The notes: generated by a model from the letters alone, not told the origin. Positions 50,140 to 62,984 are shown, counted from the whole stretch's first letter. The stretch: 63,985 bases of DNA, filler included, from Octopus bimaculoides (GCF_001194135.2; 5 parts of 5 records of this genome joined end to end with filler, not necessarily neighbours in it); one strand, 5' to 3'. Numbers and translations: made by a program.

Positions 50140-50522
50140 TGTTGGTAGTTGAGTACTGATACTTCCAAGTGCACCAATCACTATTGTTATCCCGTCGACT
50201 CTCCTCCGTGATCCCAAACTTCGTATTTTCACTTCAAATCGTCATAGTTGTTTTATTTATACTTCTTCCGCATTGATCCTGTTGTCACCAGGGCATGCTA
50301 TGTCGATTGTCATACATGTTCTTTCGTTTTTGTTCAGCACAACAACGTCCGGTCTCCGATGTCTGGTCATAGGATCGCACTGAATCATTACATCCCACAG
50401 GATTTTGCAATTCTCATCCTCGGTGACCCCCTTCTGGGGTTTTCTCATACCACGTATTTGCTCTTTGTAGGCCGTGATTTCCACAGAGTTCCCAATGGAT
50501 CATTCTTGCCACATTGTCATGG
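50140..50522 (-). mobile_element. R4-clade LINE endonuclease fragment starting at a (TTA)n tract
   Basis: HDNVARMIHWELC...ENCKILWDVMIQCD...RRPDVVVLNKNERTCMTIDIACPGD...IVIGALG. Confidence 0.85.
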
Positions 50523-50523
50523 C

Positions 50524-50589
<66 letters not shown>

Positions 50590-51130
50590 CTGATGCCGTA
50601 CCAGTCACTGGCTCTCATGTTTTCTGATCTTAACTGATTGGAAATCTTATCATGTACATATACATTTTGTCTTAGTATAAAAGATAGGCTACAGCAAATA
50701 TTCTGCTCAATACCATAGATTTGCTAGTCAGTTGCTTGGCCTTAACCATTTGAGCACGTCCAGTCATGGCTGACGACATGTGCATCTCTGATCATGAGCA
50801 GAAGTAGTGGGGAGCGTATCGAGAGGAGTTTTTAGTGGCTTGGATAATTCATCTCTGGAAACATACGTGTTTCGTTCAACATTCTTAAACAAACCTTATC
50901 CATGAACCTTTTGAGCAGGATGTGCTACTCAATCTGAATAAAATTGTAACTGGGTCCCACTTTCAAGTTCCTGTGCAGTTTATCCTGATATGAGATCACC
51001 ATGTCGCGCGCATATGGTCGTGATGCATGTGCCTGGTGTGCCCTTATCAGACTTGTAGTTGTGATGGGTATATTGGGCTTCGTATATTTGTACCCCAGTG
51101 TCACTTTGATGGCATTCACTGCTCTCTCAC
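50590..51130. mobile_element. Unclassified (TAA)n-associated repeat, longest copy, flanked by (AAT)n on both sides
   Basis: Homologous to 26633-26765, 28030-28475 and 36305-36640. Confidence 0.75.
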
Positions 51131-51132
51131 AC

Positions 51133-51189
<57 letters not shown>

Positions 51190-51529
51190 CGTCATTATCA
51201 TCTTTCAATTTCGTTTTTTAAAACAAGGAAAAGATCGATGTCAGAGAGAATGCATAATTGCCCTCTGATAACGATGTACAATATTGAGAAATATCCTATA
51301 ATTATTGTACGGATCCTAATAATATACTATTTTCTCGAACATTGGTAATATCTGTTTCCTTACGAACTATTAGTAATATCTGTCTCCTTACAAAAACGGC
51401 TTTGTATCACTTTAGTTTTACCAATTACAAATAGGATAAGAGGCATATTCCTTAACTACCATAATTCAACTGCTTAGTAGGCATAACTCACTAGATTTGC
51501 CGCTTTCTTCTGGGAAACACTATAGTTAT

Positions 51530-51735
51530 TTATATTGGTTTCAAATTTCGGCACAAGCGCAACAGAGTGGTAAGTCGATTACATTGACCTCAGTGCTTAA
51601 CTGGTACCTATTTTGTCGACCCTTAGAGAATGAATGTCAAAATCGTCGTAATTTGAACTCAGAACATAAAGGCGGATGAGATGCCGCTATGTATTTTGCC
51701 CAGCGTGCTAACGATTCTCCCAACTCGCCGCCTTA
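51530..51735 (-). mobile_element. Meta-like SINE
   Basis: gtcgattacattgacctcagtgcttaactggtacc...gctaacgattctcccaactcgccgcc. Confidence 0.8.
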
Positions 51736-52479
51736 TAGTTTAATATCAGTATGCCAATAGTAAATGAATTATTGTCAATTTTGTTACAGATGATTTCACA
51801 TATATATATTATTTGATGGTCTGTTAAATTTCCAAAGATATGTAGAGTCTCAAATGGTTATCCCCGAGCCATTTTGTTACGCAACTGAAATACGTTGGTC
51901 CTGTGTCTGCACATAAATCTTGCCACGTTATTGTGCCGCTCAACATATTTTACCTGATTTAGTGTTAAAATGTGGTACCTTGTTTCAGAAAATACATCAG
52001 AAAAAAGTATTATTTGTTATTAGTATACTAGACTTGTTGATATTCATTCAATATATCTCAAGGTAGTTGCTTGTTCTTATGTCGTGAATGATTTTGTTGT
52101 GCCGTTCAGGTAGGATTGGTTTATTTAGACAAGAGATATATATTTTATATAATGGGCTTCCAGTTTACATACGTATTAGCCGTGTAAACGCATGATTTTA
52201 TGGTTGTTAACGATATAGTTCCCTCCTTGTTTCTGATGCATTAGGTTTAGTTTTTACATTTCGAATTCCAAGTAGAATTTTCTTGTTGCGGTATACAATA
52301 GACTTGCTACATATTTTTACGGTAATAATTAACAGCAACATATCATTTACGTTCGCATAGTTTTCAAGCACTCAATGTTTAACTCTCGTATCGCTGAAAG
52401 TATCCCTGCAACACTTTACTTACCTCCTGTATTAACTCGTGCACTTAAGTGTTTCGAGTCAACAGCTCGCCCCGCACCT

Positions 52480-52980
52480 ACTTGCATTTCTCCAATCAAA
52501 ATGATACATTAACATCCTTGATAAGCTACGCAGCATCACCAAAAAGACACTCAATCAGGAGACCATTCACAACATCCAACTTTTGAGTCACTAATAAAGA
52601 GGAGAGGGTAGGTGAGCCCAGCCCTTCTTTATACGTAGTATCTCACACTAGCACTTTTGATTAACCAATTCAAGTAACCGTGAATGAAGTGAAGACCGGA
52701 GGTCTTGAAAAAACTCCAATAGGAACTCATGCGAAGTTGGAGCTTAAACATGATACAGTTCTCAATAGTAAAACGCATTCTGCCACTTCTTCAGCATCGT
52801 GTAATGTAGTTCATCATGGCGTCATCAAATCAATGTACTTCCGGCTTTACGATAAACAACTCAACAATTCAAGTACCGTCTCCTAATCCATTCAGATATA
52901 CAACAGGTTCTTTTTGCGTACTATCCCTTCATCTTGATATTTTCTGTTGGTTAAGCACATGGATGTTTTCGTAGGTTATT
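52480..52980 (-). mobile_element. Ancient LINE RT remnant (CR1/L2/Jockey-like)
   Basis: Minus strand GLGSPTLSSLL...VVNGLLIECLFGDA resembles QGS.LSPTLF and FADD; heavily decayed. Confidence 0.4.
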
Positions 52981-53669
52981 CCAAACCGATGAAGCTGATG
53001 GCATTAACGATCCGTTTGTCCACAGCTGCAAGGGGAAAAAACATGTATGGAAGAGAAGCAGAATATATGTCATATATAGGAAAATATTTTGGTATTATTT
53101 ATTCACCATTACATGTTTCATTTGCTAAAAGCAGTTACAAAATTCTACATTTAAGCTAAACATGTAAGAAATTTCCTATTAGAAATTCTTCAGGTAGAGA
53201 ATCAATTAATAATGTATTATTTGATGCTCTTTCTGGAGAATTTCCATTTAGAGATATCTTATATGTTTTCTACATGTGCAGTTTTGTAACTTCTATTAGC
53301 AAATGAAACACATGTGATGGTGAATACTAAAATCTTTTCCGATCTCCTGTTTTGATATTATCCCCCAAAAATAGTTTCCAGTATTTTCAACTCTTATGCA
53401 TATCTCATTCAAACATAACATCTACAGACGCATTTGGGATGGTGAAATAAGCAAATGTGCTTTAAGAGGACACAACTAGGATTTTAATCCCATCGACATA
53501 ATATGTATGTAGGGGTAGAAAGGGAGAGAGGAGGGATGAAAGGTTTGTGTGTCAAAGAGAAGCATATGTGGTTTGTGTGATCACGATCATGATCACAATC
53601 CTCATCACCACCATCATGACTCATCAACATAATCTCATTCATTATGAGTGTAAGAACAGACGTGGAGGT

Positions 53670-53970
53670 ACGTTGCTTAGTGATTGGGGTATAACACTCA
53701 TGATCATTACATTGTTGCTTCAATTCCTGGCCCGGGCAATGCGTTATGTCTTGAGCAAAACACATCATTTCACGTTGCTTCAGTTCACTCGGCTGGCAAA
53801 AATGAGTGACAGACCGGTGTCCCATCCAGTGGGGAATATTTTACGCCAAAGAACACTGGAAATCAGCCTTGTGGGCTTTGATTACCCCACCGCCTTGTTT
53901 TTTGTTTTGTGTGCGCAAACAATGAATAAAGTACTCATTACGGTTAAGAAGCATTTGCACCCTTGAATAG
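53670..53970 (+). mobile_element. V-like SINE
   Basis: gcttcaattcctgg...atgtcttgagcaaaacacatcatttcacgttgcttcagttcactcggctggcaaaaatgagt. Confidence 0.7.
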
Positions 53971-54255
53971 CTATCACTTTTTCCACACACACACACACAC
54001 ACACACGCACACGGATACACACAAACGTATAAACAGACACAGACGCTCTCACTGTCTTTTATGTACACACACATATGCAGTTACATTTTTGATAAGTATG
54101 ATGTGCCATGAATCACATCATACACATCAAAAATGTAACGACAGACGAAATACCGCTAAGTTTTGGGGTCGATTTGTTCGACTAAAGGCGGTGCTCCAGC
54201 TTGGCCGCAGTCAAATGATTGAGACAAATAAAAGAATAAAAGAATAAAAGAATGT

Positions 54256-54287
<32 letters not shown>

Positions 54288-54556
54288 GTTCTTTTATTCG
54301 TTTCAGCCACCTGACTGCGGCCATGCTGAAGCAGCGCCTTTAGTTGAAGANNNNNNNNNNNNNNNNNNNNNNNNNNNNNNNNNNNNNNNNNNNNNNNNNN
54401 NNNNNNNNNNNNNNNNNNNNNNNNNNNNNNNNNNNNNNNNNNNNNNNNNNNNNNNNNNNNNNNNNNNNNNNNNNNNNNNNNNNNNNNNNNNNNNNNNNNN
54501 NNNNNNNNNNNNNNNNNNNNNNNNNNNNNNNNNNNNNNNNNNNNNNNNNNNNNNNN

Positions 54557-54715
54557 TATACGACGAGCTTCTTTTAGTCTCCGTCTACCAAATCCACTCA
54601 CAAAGCTTTGGTCGGCCCGTGACTATAGTAGAAGACACTTCCCCAAGGTGCCACGCAGTGGACTGAACCGGAAACCGTGTGGTTGGGAAGCAAGCTTCTT
54701 ACCAGACAACCACGC
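54557..54715 (-). mobile_element. CORE-like SINE
   Basis: ctatagtagaagacacttccccaaggtgccacgcagtggactgaaccggaaaccgtgtggttggg. Confidence 0.85.
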
Positions 54716-56209
54716 ATACATATATATATATTTACCAACACTCTAGCACCAGCAAAACACTACCACCCTCACAAACATTGTGCAACACCACAACGCCACA
54801 TCTCTGAGCTGCATCACCAAATCATTTTGCACAATTACAATGTCCTAATTTTAAAACATTCTGATTATTCCAGCAGATTGTCGAAGAATGAATCCCAAAA
54901 TATCTGTCAGAAAGGAAAAATAATAAAATAAAATAAAATGAATGAATATAATAAATAAAAATAAGTCTTCGTTCTTTTTGGCTAATTGTATTTCAAAATG
55001 GAATAACTGCTGAAATAGTTAAAGTGGTAAAAATGGTATAATAGCAAAAATGATGGCGGCGATCATTCTTAGATAACAGTTTTATGCATAAAAAAATGGA
55101 AGAAAAAATGTCTGAATCTGAAAGACACTAAGTACTACAAAAGCATAATATGTATTTAGGAACGCAGAAACCTCCAGGTGGTCTGATAGCTTTTAGTCAA
55201 GTCTGCATTTTATTTCTTGCAGAATGTATCCACAATGGAATCGGCAATGGCAAACGCATTGTGAATGTGAATAATATAGGGTTTGGTGGGTGACTATTGG
55301 AATGTGTAAACACCAATAACAGCAAGTAAAAGCAGTAATAACAGCAACGGCAGCAGCAGAAGCAATAGTAACAGCAGCGGTAATAACATCCATAAAATTG
55401 AGAAGAAAAGGAAGACGAATGTTTACAGGAAAAAAAAAAGAGAGAAAAGAAATAGCTAAATAAATGAAAGATGTGTCTGATAGAAAAGAAGTCAGAATCT
55501 GATGGCTTGCCCTAAAAGAAAAAAAAAGGAAAACTAAATAGAGAAAGAAAGAATGAATACAAAATATAGTAAATAAACAAATATATTTTAGAACGCTGTG
55601 TGCTGTATAGAGAGAATAGTATGAATCAGTTCAGAACCAAGAATTAGACTTAGTAGGGATTTCTGTTGGAAAATTTACACCTCTACTTTGAGGTTGATCT
55701 TTCTAGACAGCGAGTGTTTCAACGCCATCGGTTTGTAGCTCATTTATCACGACAGCTTTACCATAATGAATGACTTTTTTAACCTGTGCTAGAATAGAAT
55801 ATAATAATACTACATACAAGTGTTGTATAGGACGTGTATGTATGTTTGTATGTATGTATGTTTGTATATAAGTATTTATGTATGACTGTGTCTTTCTTTA
55901 TGAATTCATTTGTATATGCAGTTGAGTTTAGAGAGTTTATCCCACGAGGTGAGTGAGTATGTATCTGTATTAAAATCATGTAGGCTGTGCAGAAAGTACT
56001 TACTCTATGAGGTGTATGAGTATGTATGGATGATCATTTATGTAGTTCGTGCAATTATGTATTATGTTCGTATGGTTGTGCATGTAAGCAAATGCTTATA
56101 TATATACTAGAGTAAGTACATTAATGCGAAATAAGATTGAAAATAATAGCACTCGAATAGCAGTGGTAGAGTAATATGCTTTATTAAAAAGCAGCAAAAA
56201 TATCGCAAA

Positions 56210-56255
56210 AAAACTGTTACTCAATGTTTCACGTTCCCGTTCGTCGGACAGTTTT
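56210..56255 (-). ncRNA. Type-I hammerhead-like motif with one core substitution (U4C)
   Basis: AAAACUGU CCGACGA ACG-GGAA-CGU GAA AC-AUUGA-GU A ACAGUUUU; 8-bp stem I and GNRA-capped stem II. Confidence 0.65.
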
Positions 56256-56663
56256 GTATAAAATGGAACAAGATAAAATTATATGCAGAAATACAATTAC
56301 TTAGATACATACACACTTGAAAATAGTTTCGTTTCATTGATCCTTTCAACTAACGGTCTTTTCAATAACCGGTTGCATGAAATAACAAATTGCGGTTTAA
56401 AATAATATTATTATAAAAATCGTAGAAAACCATAATCAAAAACAGCTTATAAAGAAGGAAAAGGCCTGACTACCCAGGGTAAATAATTAGCTGTAAAATA
56501 TCAATAAATTAATAAATTAGAAGATATATCCGTTTAGAGAGTGTAAACTTTCGATATAATATACATATATATACTCACTCTAAATCCCATCTATAGACAC
56601 ACGTACGCGTACACACTCAAATGCATACAGATATATTTGTTCATATACATATATATAGGTGTG

Positions 56664-56726
<63 letters not shown>

Positions 56727-57121
56727 NNNNNNNNNNNNNNNNNNNNNNNNNNNNNNNNNNNNNNNNNNNNNNNNNNNNNNNNNNNNNNNNNNNNNNNNNN
56801 NNNNNNNNNNNNNNNNNNNNNNNNNNNNNNNNNNNNNNNNNNNNNNNNNNNNNNNNNNNNNNNNNNNNNNNNNNNNNNNNNNNNNNNNNNNNNNNNNNNN
56901 NNNNNNNNNNNNNNNNNNNNNNNNNNNNNNNNNNNNNNNNNNNNNNNNNNNNNNNNNNNNNNNNNNNNNNNNNNNNNNNNNNNNNNNNNNNNNNNNNNNN
57001 NNNNNNNNNNNNNNNNNNNNNNNNNNNNNNNNNNNNNNNNNNNNNNNNNNNNNNNNNNNNNNNNNNNNNNNNNNNNNNNNNNNNNNNNNNNNNNNNNNNN
57101 NNNNNNNNNNNNNNNNNNNNT

Positions 57122-57156
<35 letters not shown>

Positions 57157-57163
57157 CAAATAC

Positions 57164-57203
<40 letters not shown>

Positions 57204-57789
57204 ATTCACAAACACGTGAATACAGCAACATTGACAATAATGTCTAACTTACATCGTCATATATCAGCGTAGAAGCTACTCATCAAACTACAAGACATAA
57301 TATAGTGAAAAGCATTTAAAAGAAAAAAAACTCTTCAGTTTACAATCATAAAGCTTGAGAAGATCGTCATATTCAAAATGGAATTCGTTAAATAATAAAC
57401 ATTCTCTTATATGTATATATATATATATTTGGTTAATGTCAATAAACACTAGCATAAGATTGGACTGTTAACATATATCATCTTGAGAATAAGGTCAGGG
57501 CTTTGAATATATAAAGGCAATATGAGTTTGAGACATTTCAATATTTCAAATGCCGACAATAAAACAACACTTATGCAAAAATATAAATGAATGAAATATA
57601 TTACATTTGAACAATATGCGCTACAATTCGAAGATTTCAATACATACACACATACACACACATATATATAAAGGTATATGCGTGATGTGAGTGTGTATCT
57701 ATGTGTGTATGTAAGTACATATATATTTATATATATAATGATATTGATGGATAGCTAGGCAAACACATATACATGCATATATATGTATA

Positions 57790-57830
<41 letters not shown>

Positions 57831-57930
57831 NNNNNNNNNNNNNNNNNNNNNNNNNNNNNNNNNNNNNNNNNNNNTTAATTAATTAANNNNNNNNNNNNNN
57901 NNNNNNNNNNNNNNNNNNNNNNNNNNNNNN

Positions 57931-58250
57931 GGGGGACCCTGTCAAAGGCTTTCTCCATGTCAACGAAAGCCAGGTACAGAGGTTTATCCTTAGCTAGGTA
58001 TTTCTCCTGCAACTGTCTCACTAGAAATAAGGCATCAGTAGTGCTTTTACCTGGCACGAACCCAAACTGCATCTCATCTAAATTGATTCGCTCCCTAATT
58101 AGTTGGGCTATGACCCTCTCTGTAACTTTCATAACCTGATCTAACAGCTTGATGCCTCTGTAATTATTTGTATCTAAAGCGTCCCCTTTACCTTTGTAGC
58201 AGTTGACTATGATGCTGCTACACCAGTCATAGGGTATGACTCCTCTACAC
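57931..58250 (-). mobile_element. RTE-clade LINE reverse transcriptase fragment
   Basis: IPYDWCSSIIVNCYKGKGDALDTNNYRGIKLL...QFGFVPGKSTTDALFLVRQLQEK...FVDMEKAFDRVP. Confidence 0.93.
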
Positions 58251-58777
58251 CAGTCATAGGTTGCATATATTTTGCTCCTCTGTACCCAAGATCTACTAAC
58301 CATAATGTTACTGTCCGATGTGATTCTTTGTCATACAATTTAAATTTGTTCATTTCACCAACAGACATATACAATTTTTCAATCTTTTATGTTGTATTGG
58401 CAGATAAAGAAAAGTCAATTTTCTAGGTACTAATATACTTTTTTCTATAGTTAATCTCTAGCTTAACACCCGGTCACAAGAATGAAAGTTCTCAGTCATA
58501 ATCTCCTAAGAGTTAGATCTACATATGTAGAATAATAAAATTCTTGGATGGTGCTTAAAAGAATATGATTTTTTTAAGGAGTCAAATTATTTTATTCTGG
58601 AAAGTGATTTTTATATAGCAAAAACTTTCACTGTTCGTTCTCTTCTTATAGAGAATACTTATAAGTAATTTTTTTTTTCATTTTAAATTAGTTGAAAAAA
58701 GCATTTAATATTTTTAAACTAATGTGACAAAATTTACTTTTTAGATTTTTAAAAGAAAATACAGGATGCCCTATATT

Positions 58778-58991
58778 CTTTTCTACTCTAGGCACAAGGC
58801 CCAAAATTTTGGGGGAGGGGGGGCAGCCAATTAGATCGACCCCAGTATGTAACTGGTACTTAATTTATCAACCCCGAAAGGATGAAAGGCAAAGTCGATA
58901 TCGGAATTTGAACTCAGAGCATAAAGACAAACGAAATACTGCTAAGCATTTCACCCAGCGTGCTAATGTTTCTACCAGCTTGCTGCCTTAG
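58778..58991 (-). mobile_element. Meta-like SINE with 15-bp TSD
   Basis: TSD aggatgccctatatt (58763-58777) and aggatgctctatatt (58992-59006). Confidence 0.88.
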
Positions 58992-59197
58992 AGGATGCTC
59001 TATATTGAAATAGGGAAGGTAATTTAAAAATTATTCTTGATCAGATGCTGGTGATGCCATAACTGACTAGGCTCTTGCAATCATAACTGAAGAATTCATA
59101 ATGATGAAATTACCTTTGCATAACCGAATTCTCAGTAAGCTATTCTTCCATAAGATTTTAAAATTAATATTGTGTATTAAACCAGTACCTTTCCCAT

Positions 59198-60195
59198 CAT
59201 CATTTAATGTCCGTTTTTTATGCTGGCATGAGTTGGACAGTTTGACTGAGGGCTGGAGAGCCAGCAGCTGCACTAGGCTCCAATCTGATCTGGCAATGTT
59301 TCTACAGCTGGATGCTCTTCCTAACACCAACCATTCCAAGAGTGTTGTGGGTGCTTTTTATGTGCCACTGGCACAGGAGCCAGTCAGGCAGGTTTGGCAT
59401 CAATCATGTTTGGATAGTACTTATTACGTGCCACTGGCACGGGGGCCAGTTATGGGGTACTGGCATCAGCCACGTTCGGATGGTGCTTTTTACATGCCAC
59501 TGGCACGGGAGCCAGTCAGGGGACACTGGCCACAGCTATGATATTAGTTTTACTTGACTCAACAGGTCTTCTCAAGCATATATCACATCACCCAATGCAT
59601 CAGGGGTGCTTATGACATGATTGGCTGTGATCTCACTTTAGTTGCCAGGTTTTCTCAATCACAGCATATCTCCAAAGGTCTTGGTCTTTAGTCATTGCAA
59701 CTGTGAGGCCTAATGTTCGAAGGTCGTGCTTCACCACCACATCCCATGTCTTCCTGGGTTTACCTCTTCCACAGTTAGGGAGTGCACTTCCTCACACAAC
59801 TGTCCTCATCTATACATAACACATGACCATACCAGCACAGTTGTCTCTCTTGCACACCACATATGATGCTTCTTATGCCCAACTTTTCTCTCGGGGCGCT
59901 TACACTCTGTTGAGTATGCACACTGACATTACACATCCAGTGGAGCATACTGGCTTCATTCCTTGCAAGCTGTGTCCTCAGCAGTCATGGCCCATATTTC
60001 ACTGCCATATATAGCATGGCAGTTCACACACATGCATCATACAGTCTACCTTTCAACTTGAGCGAGAAGCACTTAGTTGCCAGCAGAGGTAGGAGCTCCT
60101 TGAACTTTGCCCAGGCTTTTCTTATTCTAGCCACTACACTCTCAGAGCAACCACCCCCACTACAGACTTGGCTGCCTAGGTAGTGGAAGCTTAAT
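59198..60195 (-). mobile_element. RTE LINE 3' portion: C-terminal ORF remnant, tandem-repeat 3' UTR and (GAT)n tail
   Basis: SFHYLGSQV..GGGCSESVVARIRKAWAKFKELLPLLATK...GRLYDACV; RGKPRKTWDVVVKHDLRTLGL; gtgccactggcac repeats at 59350-59530. Confidence 0.88.
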
Positions 60196-60454
60196 GACTG
60201 CATACTTCAAACAGCAGTCAAGCATCCTATTGACTGAACCAGCTGCATCTCTTTGAAACAAACTTTGAAATTCAAAAAAATTTGTTGAAGTCAACAAAAG
60301 TATAGCAGAATTTTTTTAATATCTGTTTGTAAACATCAAGAGAAGGCTGCCTAAGAAGAAGGTTATTAATAAGGAATATATTGCACTGAATTACATTATA
60401 TACACAACATCAAAATACAGGTGCTGAGAGATAGAATCCTTTGAGTAATGGATA

Positions 60455-60560
60455 GAATGGTTTGTGCTAGTCATTCCAGGTCGCTGAGTTCAAATCTCAC
60501 CAAGGTGAATTTTGGCTTTCATCCAGCTCAAGAAATATATTACCAGTCACAGGGTTGACT
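60455..60560 (+). mobile_element. Meta-like SINE, decayed
   Basis: ctgagttcaaatctcaccaaggtgaattttggctttcatcc. Confidence 0.55.
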
Positions 60561-62109
60561 CTCATCTTTCTCTCTGGAAGAAATCAGTTGTGTTTGAACC
60601 TGGAAAGGGATGGGCTCCACTAGAATTAATATGCTTAGGACATGCCTTATGTTATGGTGATGCCCCTGTGACTCCATCAGGTGGGCTCAATGGGGGAAGA
60701 AAAGACCACCAAAATGAGAATGTACAGAACAGCGAAATTGTTGATAAATGTATTGTTGCTGCCAAATGCCATTCAAACTTCAGAATTATGATTGTTACTA
60801 GAATAAATAAATTTTGTTAAGTTAATTAGGACTAAATTATAGTTCTCTTTTAACCCCCAGGTTAACGTAGATAGAGATATGATCAAAAGCATTCTCATCT
60901 TGACCCCTCTGTCATTATCTCAAGTATTGCATATCATGACTACACCACCCAAAGTGTCCCATTTTTCCTCTCTTCAGGAGGGCCAGAAAATACTTCAGTC
61001 CTCCAACAATTACAGACACTCTATAAAGCTCAGGTGAAACCCCCAATGGAATATTGCTTCCACACCTAGACAGTGTTGTTGCAAACAAACACCTAGATTG
61101 TATTCAGGGAAAGACCATGACATTGTTTGGCATAAAATCACTCAGATATATTCCAGCCTTTAACTTCCATGTCTTCCTCTTTTCTGCTGATACTATATTG
61201 GCATCAGATCCTTAAAACTGACTACTTTCATGCCACCTCCAATCAAGCATTCCTAACTCATTTGTCTCTCCTCTAGGCCCAGTCCTTCCACATGAGAATG
61301 TCATCCTTCTGGAATCCTCTTCTTGCAGATGTTGGCTGCAACAAGTAACAGTTTAAACAAAACATTAATAGTAATCTCATTGGCTTTTGAAGGCCGACAA
61401 AGCTCCACCCTTTCTTCCACACCTAGACAAAAAAAGATAGAAGAAACCCAGAAGTGTTTAATTGGAAACTTGAATGCTATTTCTAGCAGGTCACATAACC
61501 ACATGCTGCAATCAAAATATTACATTTGAAGTAAAATGTGCCTGATAGTGCCTAAACTAAGTTTTTGATGTGACATTAAAAATAGTTTAGGTTTTTTTCC
61601 AGACTATTAACATCATCTTTGTGTATCTATTTTGTACAGTGTTTCAAATATTTTGGTCAACCCAGGTGACTTAGTTCTACACAAGCATAAACCTAGACAT
61701 ATTTGGCTACCTGTGAACTCAGGATATTTATTTTCAACATAGAATTTCAATATTCATAATCATCATACTGTAAGAATGTAGATAGAATATGCTGAATTCC
61801 AGCATTAGAATTAGGATTCCTGTATAAACTGACACAAAGAATGTATATTATAAAGAAGTAAAACCTAGAATCAAGAAGCCTTAAGTAAACAATGAAGACT
61901 AAAGTATTAGTAAATAAGAATGAAAATAAGACCCTACTACCATCAGGTTTCTGCTTAATATGCAAAAACAGCATAGGCAAAAATTCTAGTGTCCCTATTG
62001 TAAATTATGAATGCAAATGCAGAGTAGATTAGCAGAGAAGTTAACAGAGGAGACAGACATTGCATGCAGTAGGTGCACAGGAGCAATAAACACTAAAAGC
62101 ACACAGAAA

Positions 62110-62285
62110 GACTGAAAGTAGTTGATAGCTTCTTATATCTAGGTCAGCAGTGGAGTTTGATATTTTAAAAAGTACAGCAACCAGAGTAAGAACATGTTGG
62201 AGGAAGTTCAGGAAGCTGTTAACATTGTTGGTAAAAAAGGAATTCTTTCAACAGACTATATGATGCTAATGTGTAGTGCAATATT
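62110..62285 (+). mobile_element. Decayed RTE fragment
   Basis: KVVDSFLYLG...RVRTCWRKFRKLL. Confidence 0.55.
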
Positions 62286-62519
62286 GTCTGAAAACAATTA
62301 TGCTGATTAACATGTTATTTTATTCTTTTTGCAGTGTGCAACAGCTGATATCTATTTATAGCTAAATCAACAAGTTCAATAAAAATAATGTTAGTTATGA
62401 ATATTATGTATCACCAATGACAAAACAAACTTAACAATTGTTTGGTCATGACTGCAATGCCATAAAAACCTTCAAGATCAATGAAACATTGAATTTTGTA
62501 TTACAATCTGTTACATATA

Positions 62520-62560
62520 TCATCATCATCATCATCATCGTTTAACGTCCGCTTTCCATG
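62520..62560 (-). mobile_element. RTE 3' terminus, (GAT)n tail
   Basis: catcatcatcgtttaacgtccgctttccatg, the same end as at 59198. Confidence 0.75.
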
Positions 62561-62664
62561 NNNNNNNNNNNNNNNNNNNNNNNNNNNNNNNNNNNNNNNN
62601 NNNNTTAATTAATTAANNNNNNNNNNNNNNNNNNNNNNNNNNNNNNNNNNNNNNNNNNNNTATA

Positions 62665-62949
62665 TAATACAAAATGGAACAAGAAAGCAAAACATCCAGA
62701 CAGTTAGACGATATAAGATAGGGACAACAAAACATCCAGATAGATACAAAGAAAAGAAGGACAGGTCATTCGGAGTTTTCTTTCCTCAGTCGAGATCCAG
62801 ATTATCTTTGCAATTTCGGCTGGTTATTCTCCATATTGCTCCAATCTGGCCAGCCCCAAGGAAAAACTAAGCTAAGAGCATTAGATTCTTTGGAAGAAAG
62901 CAACGAATGTATACTTTTGTATACCTTCGTTGCTTTCTTCCAAAGAATC
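62665..62949. mobile_element. Repeat family P copy ending in a fold-back hairpin
   Basis: Matches 43590-43850; hairpin at 62884-62949. Confidence 0.85.
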
Positions 62950-62984
62950 AAGGAAGGAAAATATATATATTCATATATACATAT

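Noticed and set aside
57875-58303. ORF-track 142-aa RT ORF as an intact gene
   Set aside because: A truncated RTE fragment running into an artificial gap.
62765-62795. CUGA(G/A)GA...GAA in family P (also near 40527 and 43720) as a hammerhead
   Set aside because: GAAU instead of GAAA, no stem I complementarity, and no convincing stem II.
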